A stretch of DNA of 15,527 nucleotides from Candidatus Omnitrophota bacterium (GTDB lineage Bacteria > Omnitrophota > Gorgyraeia > JABMRN01 > RBG-13-46-9), in the NCBI GenBank assembly GCA_013203315.1, contig JABMQJ010000027.1, forward strand, positions 1 through 15,527, written 5' to 3'. Positions 1-7,163 of this stretch are shown here, one piece after another. The notes below the pieces were generated by a model. It was not told the DNA's origin. It searched no databases and worked only from the letters and a program-made list of their open reading frames with translations. The stretch's first letter is position 1. Each line of letters opens with the position of its first letter. The translations under genes and the position numbers were made by a program.

Positions 1-366
1 ATTGTAAAGTTAAATGACCAAATTGAAACACTCAGAGAATCCAAAGATGACACAATAGCAAGTCTTAAAAGCAAACTAAGTTTGCTTGAGCAGTCCAAAA
101 AAGAAGAGGTCGCGGCCACTTTAAAAGCGGAAATGGCTTCTGCCAAAGGTAGGGAGAATATCCTTAAGCAAAATATTAGAGAGCTTGAGGAATCCAAGGC
201 GTCCCAGGAAGCCACGTTTCAGGAGTCGACCAGACGCGTAAAAGAGTATAAACGAAGCAGGGAAACCGTAAAATCTCTCGAACTCGAACTCGCAAACTTA
301 GAAAAATCCAAGAAAGATGAAATTGCGAAGTTGAATGACCAAATTGAAACGCTCAGGGAATCCAAA
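1..366 (+). repeat. Intragenic direct repeat, 45 bp x2 (1-45 and 322-366)
   Basis: attgtaaagttaaatgaccaaattgaaacactcagagaatccaaa vs attgcgaagttgaatgaccaaattgaaacgctcagggaatccaaa: 40/45 identical, offset 321 bp (107 codons). Both copies encode I(V/A)KLNDQIETLRESK. Confidence 0.9.
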
Positions 367-1365
367 AAAGACGAGCTGACAGAATTAAAGCGCCAGGTTG
401 AGAGGCTTGAAAAATCAAAAAAGGATGCTGCAGCCAAGCTCAAAAACTTGGGGCGACCCGAAAAAAAACAAATAGAAAAACTTAAAAGCGCCCTCCAAAA
501 TCTTTCGAAAGAAAAAGCAGAAATGGAGGCGCTGCTTAACGGCGATATCGCATCTCTTGAAGATACCGTGATATCCTTGAAATCAAGCCTGGCAAACCTG
601 ACAAAATCAAAAGAAAATACCTCAACAGAATTTAAGAATAAAGTGATTGCGCTGGATCAGTCCAAAAAAGAGAAAATTACCGAATTAAACCAAAAACTTG
701 CCGCGCTACAGAAAGAAAGGGCAAAAACTAAAACCGCACACGACACCGAACTCGCACTTCTTAGGAAAAAAGAAAGGGCTCTTACAGACGAACTCGCGGA
801 CCTTAAAAAATTCAAGGAAAACGCAATGGCAAGGCTCGAAAAAAGCCTAACAAGCCTTAAGGAATCTAAAGAAACCCAGGTAACCAGGCTAAAAGATAAA
901 TTGACTTCCCTGGAACAGTCAAAGAATGCAGAAATCGCCGAACTGAACCAAGAACTTGTTGAGGCACATAAAATAAATGCAAATGCCGAATCTAAGTTAA
1001 AAACAGAGCTTTCACTATGGAAAGAAAAAGAGCGTGCCATTAAAGCAGAACTCGCAGATTTTAAGAAATCCAAAATCATTATAGCCGAACCAAGCAGAGA
1101 ACTTAATGCGTTGCGTGAAGAAAAAGCAAGTAACGAATCTAAGCTAGAAGCAGAAATTTTATTTTTGCAAGAACTAGAACGCTCTCTTAACGATGAACTC
1201 GCGGATCTTAAGGAATCCAAAAAAGCAGCTATAGCTGCTCTAAACAATAAGCTTGCCTCAGTAAGCGCTGGAAAATCAAAAATAGAATTTCTCCTAAATG
1301 ATGAAATCGCAGCTCTGAAAGAGCGGAATAAGATCTTGGAGGAAAAATTAAGAGCGCGCGAGTAA
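1..1365 (+). CDS. Long repetitive coiled-coil protein, 5'-truncated by the window edge (hypothetical)
   Basis: Frame 1 is open from base 1 (IVKLNDQIETLRESKDDTIASLKSKLSLLEQSKK...) to TAA at 1363-1365, so the TTG at 82 is probably not the true start. The protein is rich in K/E/L/S/A, nearly lacks Pro and Gly, has no TM segment and carries recurring LxxSKxxxIxxL units. Confidence 0.85.
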   Translation: MVKLNDQIETLRESKDDTIASLKSKLSLLEQSKKEEVAATLKAEMASAKGRENILKQNIRELEESKASQEATFQESTRRVKEYKRSRETVKSLELELANLEKSKKDEIAKLNDQIETLRESKKDELTELKRQVERLEKSKKDAAAKLKNLGRPEKKQIEKLKSALQNLSKEKAEMEALLNGDIASLEDTVISLKSSLANLTKSKENTSTEFKNKVIALDQSKKEKITELNQKLAALQKERAKTKTAHDTELALLRKKERALTDELADLKKFKENAMARLEKSLTSLKESKETQVTRLKDKLTSLEQSKNAEIAELNQELVEAHKINANAESKLKTELSLWKEKERAIKAELADFKKSKIIIAEPSRELNALREEKASNESKLEAEILFLQELERSLNDELADLKESKKAAIAALNNKLASVSAGKSKIEFLLNDEIAALKERNKILEEKLRARE

Positions 1366-1428
1366 TCCGTAAAATATCATAACCAACAAAAATTCACAAA
1401 AACGTAAAAAAGAATTATTGCGGTAATC

Positions 1429-1968
1429 ATGAGTAAAATTTACGACCAATATAGGGACTTTGGAAAAAATAAAAAAGATGAAAAGGCAGGAAACGATTCC
1501 GTAGTGCAGAAAAAGATTTCTATGCTCAAAAACGAGATTGAGGAAGTAAAGAATACAGAAAGCGCGCTTGCCAAGGAGAATGAAGAAAATAAAGCGCAAT
1601 TAGACAGCATAAAAAAAATAATAGACGGATATTGTGAAAAGATGAAAGGGCTAAGCGAAGAAAATAAAGAATTACGCGAATATAAAGATAAATATAACGC
1701 GCTAGAAAACCAGCGCGGCACGATAAAACAACCAGAGTCTGAATTAAAAAAGAAGATTGTTTCTCTGGAGAAAGAAATTAAAGATAAAGATGAAATAATA
1801 AAAACCTCCCAGCCCCAAGCCGCATGGGACCCGGAACAGGAGCGTCTTATGATCGTATGGTTGCGTTCGTCGCTGGAGAGTGAACAAAAAACCAGTGAGA
1901 TACTTAAAGAAAAAATAAAAAAGCTAGAGACACAAATTGAATCTTTAAAAAGTAAAAAATCTGAGTGA
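1429..1968 (+). CDS. Hypothetical soluble coiled-coil protein (179 aa)
   Basis: Runs from ATG to tandem stops TGA-TAA. It has K/E-rich heptad segments (ISMLKNEIEEVKNT; ILKEKIKKLETQIESLKS) and a distinctive WDPEQERLMIVWLRSSLE segment. Confidence 0.8.
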   Translation: MSKIYDQYRDFGKNKKDEKAGNDSVVQKKISMLKNEIEEVKNTESALAKENEENKAQLDSIKKIIDGYCEKMKGLSEENKELREYKDKYNALENQRGTIKQPESELKKKIVSLEKEIKDKDEIIKTSQPQAAWDPEQERLMIVWLRSSLESEQKTSEILKEKIKKLETQIESLKSKKSE

Positions 1969-1994
1969 TAAAAGGTATTTCTTACTGATAAACC

Positions 1995-2468
1995 ATGTTG
2001 TATTCAAATTTGACAAAAATAATGGAAGAGAATCCGATCGTAATATATGTCGGCTTAATCGTAACGGGAATAATATTACTTGTGGCGGGCATCAGCTTGG
2101 TGTTTAAAGCGCTTTTTAAAGGGAAAAGCCGGTATCCTGTCTTAAGTGATCCGCCTAAAGACGCGATAAAGAGTGAAGCGACACTTATTTTATCAGAGGA
2201 TAAAAAATCTGAAAATAGACCGGGTGAGAACGAATCAACCATGGACAATTTGCGTAAAAAGCCCGAGATCATTACGAAAGAAAATACTGCTTTATGGGAA
2301 GATGAGACAGAAAGCGCAAAGGCTGAATTGTCAGATATAAAAAATAGACTTGTCGGACACAGGAAAATATCACAAGATATAAAACTACAAATCGCAGAAA
2401 TCACAGAAGGTATTCCGCGTCTCCAGGAGGCAGCCGGAGATATCGCGGAAAATGCCGAATCAAAATGA
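1995..2468 (+). CDS. Hypothetical single-pass membrane protein with a charged linker and a short C-terminal coiled coil
   Basis: The hydrophobic stretch IVIYVGLIVTGIILLVAGISLVF is followed by KALFKGKSR. An alternative ATG lies at 2022. The stop overlaps the next start (ATGA, 2465-2468). Confidence 0.75.
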   Translation: MLYSNLTKIMEENPIVIYVGLIVTGIILLVAGISLVFKALFKGKSRYPVLSDPPKDAIKSEATLILSEDKKSENRPGENESTMDNLRKKPEIITKENTALWEDETESAKAELSDIKNRLVGHRKISQDIKLQIAEITEGIPRLQEAAGDIAENAESK

Positions 2469-2935
2469 GCAGAAGATTCAAAATATTATTTGAGGTACTA
2501 TTTGGGACATTGCTGATAGGCCTTTCTTTTTTCTGTTTTGGCTTAGCCTCATATCTTATATTCAAAAATGAAATAGTCGCCGGTGCTGCGGAAAAAACAC
2601 AAATAAAAAAAATTGAAGAAGTTCATCCTAGACTCAGCCCCGAACCCCGCGCTCTCCCCAGCCCCGAACCCCGCGCTCTCCCCCGGAAAACCCGAGATAA
2701 GACGGGTATCTTGTGGATTGACAAAAAGTCATCAAGGTACATGTTAAACCTGGGCAGCTCTGACGGTATTCACATCGGCGATAACCTTGATATTTACGAC
2801 CGCGACGGCAATAAAGCAGGGCGCGTTAAAATAGTAACTTTGCTTGATTTGGTATCTTATGCCGAACCCACTAAGGCAGACCAGAAGCTTACCGGCAACT
2901 ATTATGACGCAGTTTTAATAGAAGCCAGTCAATAG
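2465..2935 (+). CDS. Hypothetical membrane-anchored protein with a Pro-rich linker and a C-terminal small beta domain resembling the FlgT C-terminal domain
   Basis: Basic N-terminus MSRRFK, then a TM segment (ILFEVLFGTLLIGLSFFCFGLASYLIF) and (SPEPRALP)2. The C-terminal LNLGSSDGIHIGDNLDIY...AGRVKIV...SYAE matches the 'lnlGxxdGixxGdxlxv' pattern I associate with FlgT_C-like domains (recognised by eye). Confidence 0.7.
   Translation: MSRRFKILFEVLFGTLLIGLSFFCFGLASYLIFKNEIVAGAAEKTQIKKIEEVHPRLSPEPRALPSPEPRALPRKTRDKTGILWIDKKSSRYMLNLGSSDGIHIGDNLDIYDRDGNKAGRVKIVTLLDLVSYAEPTKADQKLTGNYYDAVLIEASQ
2635..2682 (+). repeat. Perfect in-frame 24-bp tandem duplication
   Basis: cagccccgaaccccgcgctctccc occurs at 2635-2658 and 2659-2682 and encodes SPEPRALP twice. 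Confidence 0.95.
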
Positions 2936-3019
2936 AGCTAAATCTAAATACAGACACATGAAGGGTGCGTAGTGGGCATAATTCTTCCGCCTCTTTACCA
3001 GATGGAGAACCATACGTAA

Positions 3020-4126
3020 GTGAAAAAAGAAAAAAATATTCGCGAAGAACAAAAACTAAATTTTTTTGAAAAATACCTGACACTTTGGGTTATAGGCTGT
3101 ATCGGTTTGGGTATTCTGCTTGGAAAAATATTTCCGATGATAGCCATCTCGCTAGACAAAATTTCCATTTATCAAGTGTCAATGCCGATAGCGATATGTC
3201 TCTTCTTCATGATGTATCCTATCATGGTAAAGATCGATTTTGCGGAGGTTATTAAAGCGGGAAAAACACCTAAACCCGTTCTTCTTACCTTATTCGTGAA
3301 CTGGTGCATTAAGCCTTTCACCATGCTCGCTATTGCGACTCTCTTTTTGGGAGTAATTTTTAAGGGTTGGCTTCCCGGAGTCGAAATCGTTAAAGGGGGC
3401 CAGGAAGTAGAATTATACAGGTCTTATATTTCCGGATGCATTTTATTAGGTATTGCGCCTTGCACGGCGATGGTTCTTGTTTGGGGGCATTTATCCGGGG
3501 GCAATAATGGGCATACGCTGGTCATGGTAGCGATAAATTCTCTAACAATGCTATTTCTTTACGCTCCCCTGGGCGGATGGTTACTCGGAGTGAATAAAAT
3601 GCCCATACCGTGGCAGACAATCGTTCTATCCGTTGTGATTTACGTCGGTTTGCCGCTTTTTCTCGGTTATCATTCACGTAAACTTATAATTGCAAAAAAA
3701 GGCTTTGAATGGTTTGAAAGAAAATTCGTACATCGCCTGACGCCTGTGTCTATAGGAGCGCTTTTAATTACGCTTGTCCTCCTTTTTTCATTTAAAGGAG
3801 AATTAATTGTTAAGCAACCGCAGATAATTTTTCTAATCGCCGTACCACTTTTCATACAGACCTGTCTTATTTTTGTCGTAGCGTATGTCGCGGCGAAATG
3901 GTTAAAATTGCCATACAGGGACGCTGCTCCGTCTGCGCTTATCGGCGCAAGCAATCATTTTGAAGTTGCCATTGCTACTTCTGCGATGCTTTTTGGGCTG
4001 TCATCCGGGGCATCCCTGGCCACTGTCGTAGGGGTACTGATCGAGGTACCGGTTATGCTCATGTTAGTAAGGGTGTGCTTGAAAACCAAGCATATATTTG
4101 CCGGGCAGGGGAGGACAAATGGCTAA
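3020..4126 (+). CDS. acr3: ACR3-family arsenite efflux transporter
   Basis: Family motifs are present: [42 protein letters not shown] (conserved Cys), [11 protein letters not shown] and [12 protein letters not shown]. About 10 hydrophobic segments. The GTG start follows GGAGA at 3004-3008. Confidence 0.95.
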   Translation: MKKEKNIREEQKLNFFEKYLTLWVIGCIGLGILLGKIFPMIAISLDKISIYQVSMPIAICLFFMMYPIMVKIDFAEVIKAGKTPKPVLLTLFVNWCIKPFTMLAIATLFLGVIFKGWLPGVEIVKGGQEVELYRSYISGCILLGIAPCTAMVLVWGHLSGGNNGHTLVMVAINSLTMLFLYAPLGGWLLGVNKMPIPWQTIVLSVVIYVGLPLFLGYHSRKLIIAKKGFEWFERKFVHRLTPVSIGALLITLVLLFSFKGELIVKQPQIIFLIAVPLFIQTCLIFVVAYVAAKWLKLPYRDAAPSALIGASNHFEVAIATSAMLFGLSSGASLATVVGVLIEVPVMLMLVRVCLKTKHIFAGQGRTNG

Positions 4127-4865
4127 ACCAATAAAAACCATGCTTTTATACGGAAGAATTTCAGTCTTTGAGCGATTGGAAGCCAACCCCGCAAGTATAA
4201 AAAAAGTATTTTTACAGGACAATATTTCTCTTCCAAATACAGAAAAGTTGATAAGAGAAAACAATATCCCTTTTGAGCGCCTGAAATCTCACGATCTTAA
4301 AAAGCTCAAACCCGCTAAGGACCTTCAGGGGATAGTCGCAAGGATTGATAAATTCAGATACGCTTCCTTCGAAGGCTTGCTTGATCAGGTACAAAATAAA
4401 AAAGTATCCCTCATTTTTTTAGATAGAATTAATGACCCGCAAAACTTCGGCGCTATCGTGCGAACCCTGGCTTGTTTTGGCGGGTTTGCCGTTGTTATAC
4501 CTCAATTTAATGCTTGTGGAGTAACAGAGGCAGTGTTGCATGTGGCTTCCGGTGGCGAGAATTATGTTCCCATATCAATGGTGCCCAATCTTTCGGCTGC
4601 TATAATGAAGGTAAAAAAGATCGACTGCCAGATTGTGGGAGCCGAAGCGAGTACTGACGCTACCAGCGTAGACGCAACTTCTTTTTCGTTCCCCTTAGGG
4701 CTTGTCTTAGGCTCTGAAGGCGAAGGGATCCGTTATGGCATACAAAAACACCTGGATTCAAAGGTGCAGATTCCCATGAAGGGGGCCGAGCTGTCTTTTA
4801 ACGTCGGCATAGCCTGCGCTATTTTTTGTTATGAAATATCTAAGCAAAGAAAAGGATTGGAGTGA
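4119..4865 (+). CDS. TrmH/SpoU-family (SPOUT) RNA 2'-O-methyltransferase, RlmB-like
   Basis: SPOUT motifs [25 protein letters not shown] and IPMKG..LSFNV are present, with an N-terminal substrate-binding domain ending in QGIVA. ATG 4119 is preferred over 4098 because GGAGG lies at 4110-4114. The gene overlaps the acr3 stop. Confidence 0.9.
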   Translation: MAKPIKTMLLYGRISVFERLEANPASIKKVFLQDNISLPNTEKLIRENNIPFERLKSHDLKKLKPAKDLQGIVARIDKFRYASFEGLLDQVQNKKVSLIFLDRINDPQNFGAIVRTLACFGGFAVVIPQFNACGVTEAVLHVASGGENYVPISMVPNLSAAIMKVKKIDCQIVGAEASTDATSVDATSFSFPLGLVLGSEGEGIRYGIQKHLDSKVQIPMKGAELSFNVGIACAIFCYEISKQRKGLE

Positions 4866-5461
4866 TGCGCAAAACCAAAAGTTCATCTCCGGAAACCATA
4901 GTCGATTTCATTGCCGAAGTGGGGCTTCTTAAAAGGACCAACCGTTCAGGCTGGTCGGTTTTGGGAATAAAAAATGCAGAGTCAGTTGCTGACCATAGTT
5001 TCAGGTGCGCCGTAATCGGGTTTTTCTTAGCGCGCATGGAAAAAGCCCGCGCGCATGAAGTACTTCTTATGACACTATTTAACGATATCCACGAAACCCG
5101 CATCACCGATTTACATAAAATGGCCCAACGCTATATTGATGCCGAGAAAGTTGAAGATGCCTCATTTGATGAGCAAATGAAATCTTTACCAGTTGATATT
5201 AAAAAAGAATTAATAGAATCACGTAAGGAATATAAAAAGCAGCGTACCAAAGAGAGCATTATTTCCCGGGATGCCGATATCCTGGAGTGTCTTATCCAGG
5301 CAAAAGAGTACCGGGATCACGGCTATCGTAGTGCGTCGAAGTTTATGAAAAAAGCGCCGAAGTTCCTTAAAACGAAAAGTGCAAAACGCCTCTGGGAACT
5401 GGCAAAAAAGCGTGATTTAGACAGTTGGTGGTTTAAACTAAGCGGGTTTAAGAGATTGTAA
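4862..5461 (+). CDS. HD-domain protein, YfbR/HDDC2-like 5'-deoxynucleotidase family (HD dyad appears as ND)
   Basis: LKRTNRSGW...ESVADHSFR...LFNDIHETRITD...DADILE follows the family pattern LKxxxRxGW, ESVAxHS, HDxxE, DxDxLE. The start is GTG 4862 or ATG 4865, overlapping the upstream stop. Confidence 0.88.
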   Translation: MMRKTKSSSPETIVDFIAEVGLLKRTNRSGWSVLGIKNAESVADHSFRCAVIGFFLARMEKARAHEVLLMTLFNDIHETRITDLHKMAQRYIDAEKVEDASFDEQMKSLPVDIKKELIESRKEYKKQRTKESIISRDADILECLIQAKEYRDHGYRSASKFMKKAPKFLKTKSAKRLWELAKKRDLDSWWFKLSGFKRL

Positions 5462-5478
5462 AATGTAATGGTTCGACC

Positions 5479-5487
5479 AAAGGAGGT
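5479..5487 (+). promoter_or_regulatory. Strong Shine-Dalgarno site for the helicase gene
   Basis: AAGGAGGT lies immediately upstream of ATG 5491. Confidence 0.8.
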
Positions 5488-5490
5488 ATA

Positions 5491-6744
5491 ATGTCACAAT
5501 CACCGCAGCAAACAAAAGTTTCGTTTGACGGGCTGGGCATCGCTCCCAAGATGCTAGAAATATTGGACCATATGAAGTTTATTCATCCTACGCCGATTCA
5601 ACACAAGGCTATTCCTATCGGAATAGAAGGGAAGGATGTTATCGGCGTTGCTCAGACCGGGACCGGTAAGACGCTCGCCTTCGCTATTCCCATCATCCAG
5701 CACCTTTCCCAGAGAAAAGGGCGCTCTTTGATTCTTGCGCCTACCAGGGAGCTTGCTCTCCAGATTAATGAGACATTTGGGAAGATAGCTCCGACATTTG
5801 GCGTGAGGACGGCCGTTATTATAGGCGGAGCGTCCATGCATATGCAAATATCGGCACTCCGAAGGAACCCACGCGTTATAATCGCGACGCCGGGACGCCT
5901 TGTCGACCACATAAGCCGACGCACGGTCCTGTTAGCGGACGTAAGTGTTTTAGTGCTTGATGAAGCTGATCGCATGCTTGATATGGGGTTTATGCCGCAG
6001 ATAGAACGTATCTTGAAGGTTATCCCAAGAAATAGACAGACGATGCTCTTCTCGGCGACAATCCCCGGGGAAGTTGTGAAGATAGCAGCTGCTTACATGA
6101 AGCTTCCCGTTCATGTCGAAGTCGCGCCGTCCGGAACCGCGGCAGAAGGCGTAGTTCAAGAATTATTTATTGTTAAAAAAGACGCGAAAAAGCAGCTCTT
6201 GTTAAAATTGCTCGAACAGTATCGCGGAGCGGTACTTATCTTTTCCCGAACGAAAATGGGCGCTCGGAAAATTAACCGGCTTCTGAGAGGCGCGGGCCAT
6301 AAAGCCGCTGAGATTCATTCGGATCGTTCGCAGAGCCAGCGCAAAGAGGCGCTCGAAGGCTTTAAGTCCGGCAGATACAGGATACTTGTCGCTACTGATA
6401 TAGCGGCCAGGGGCATAGACGTTGTTGGTATAGAGCTTGTTCTTAACTATGATATCCCGGAAGATACGGAAAATTACGTACATCGCATCGGACGCACGGG
6501 ACGCGCCGGCCACGAGGGACGGGCCGTATCTTTTGCTACGCCTGAGCAAGGCGGCGACGTTCGCAGTATTGAAAGACTTATCAAAACCGCGCTGCCTATA
6601 GCTTTGCACCCCGAGTTCCCGCAAGAAAGATTTACTCACTATTCTTCGATTCGGCCGCAACGTTCCCAGTTTCACGCGAGAAGGGATAAGCAAAGAAGAC
6701 GAAGGAAACGCCATCAATCCGGACATAATTTTCATCGAACGTAG
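5491..6744 (+). CDS. DEAD-box ATP-dependent RNA helicase (RhlE/CshA-like core with a short basic tail)
   Basis: All core motifs are present: Q (PTPIQ), I (AQTGTGKT), Ia (PTRELA), Ib (TPGRL), II (DEAD), III (SAT), V (TDIAARGID) and VI (HRIGRTGRAG). The tail is Arg-rich (RRDKQRRRRKRH) and there is no DbpA-type RNA-binding domain. Confidence 0.96.
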   Translation: MSQSPQQTKVSFDGLGIAPKMLEILDHMKFIHPTPIQHKAIPIGIEGKDVIGVAQTGTGKTLAFAIPIIQHLSQRKGRSLILAPTRELALQINETFGKIAPTFGVRTAVIIGGASMHMQISALRRNPRVIIATPGRLVDHISRRTVLLADVSVLVLDEADRMLDMGFMPQIERILKVIPRNRQTMLFSATIPGEVVKIAAAYMKLPVHVEVAPSGTAAEGVVQELFIVKKDAKKQLLLKLLEQYRGAVLIFSRTKMGARKINRLLRGAGHKAAEIHSDRSQSQRKEALEGFKSGRYRILVATDIAARGIDVVGIELVLNYDIPEDTENYVHRIGRTGRAGHEGRAVSFATPEQGGDVRSIERLIKTALPIALHPEFPQERFTHYSSIRPQRSQFHARRDKQRRRRKRHQSGHNFHRT

Positions 6745-6761
6745 GCGATAAAACTCAAGTC

Positions 6762-7163
6762 ATGAAATATAAATTTGCAACCGCAATAAATTGCATAGAT
6801 GGGAGAACTCAAAAGCCTGTAATTGATTTTGTGAGAAGAAAATTCTCAGTCGATTATGTGGACATGATAACAGAGCCCGGTCCTGACAAGATTTTAAGTG
6901 AAAATAAAAAATCCGGAATTGTTAAATCAATTAAAGATCGCGTGACGATCTCCATAGAAAAACATGAATCAAAGGTTATTGTTATTGTAGGGCATCATGA
7001 TTGTGCGGGAAACCCTGTAAATGAAAAAACGCATCAGACGCAGATAAAAAAAGCCATTCAGAATGTTGATAATTGGAATTCAGGAGTGCCGGTTTTTGGG
7101 ATATGGCTAAATAAAGGTTGGAAAGGAACTTTTTGCTCCATGGTACTGTCTAATATAGCATGA
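6762..7163 (+). CDS. Small putative beta-class carbonic anhydrase-like zinc protein
   Basis: CIDGR (CxDxR) and GHHDC (HxxC) supply the Cys/His/Cys zinc ligands and the Asp-Arg dyad of beta-CA folds. The protein is 133 aa. Confidence 0.78.
   Translation: MKYKFATAINCIDGRTQKPVIDFVRRKFSVDYVDMITEPGPDKILSENKKSGIVKSIKDRVTISIEKHESKVIVIVGHHDCAGNPVNEKTHQTQIKKAIQNVDNWNSGVPVFGIWLNKGWKGTFCSMVLSNIA

Noticed and set aside
82-84. TTG start for ORF1 given by the ORF track
   Set aside because: The frame is open to base 1 and the upstream codons encode a copy of the same protein repeat.
1-366. Repeat pair with mostly A/G differences as a possible diversity-generating retroelement TR/VR
   Set aside because: The A/G differences are all third-position transitions, both copies lie inside one coiled-coil ORF, and no reverse transcriptase is present in the window.
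657-1247. 196-aa minus-strand ORF, plus 219-443, 1348-1599, 1440-1721 and 1982-2404
   Set aside because: These are S/F/L-rich antisense shadows of K/E-rich coiled-coil genes and show no independent motifs.
2010-2046. TTGACA at 2010-2015 as a sigma70 -35 box
   Set aside because: There is no -10 hexamer at 16-18 bp spacing. The nearest TAATAT is 25 bp away.
2635-2682. CRISPR-like repeat
   Set aside because: The two copies are directly adjacent with no spacer, lie in frame within a CDS, and no cas genes are present.
2936-3019. Riboswitch or ArsR operator upstream of acr3, and the minus ORF 2889-3083
   Set aside because: No recognisable riboswitch core (e.g. fluoride) or convincing inverted repeat. 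The minus ORF overlaps two better-supported genes.
4098-4118. Longer start (MPGRGGQ) for the methyltransferase
   Set aside because: ATG 4119 follows a GGAGG site and gives a typical short overlap with acr3.
5469-5477. GGTTCGACC resembling a tRNA T-arm or att-site remnant
   Set aside because: It is only 9 nt in a 29-bp gap, with no cloverleaf, no second copy and no integrase.
5554-6735. Minus-strand ORFs within the helicase gene, and similar ones inside acr3, tolC, macA, macB, miaA and hflX
   Set aside because: All are antisense to genes with complete conserved motif sets and have no recognisable domains.
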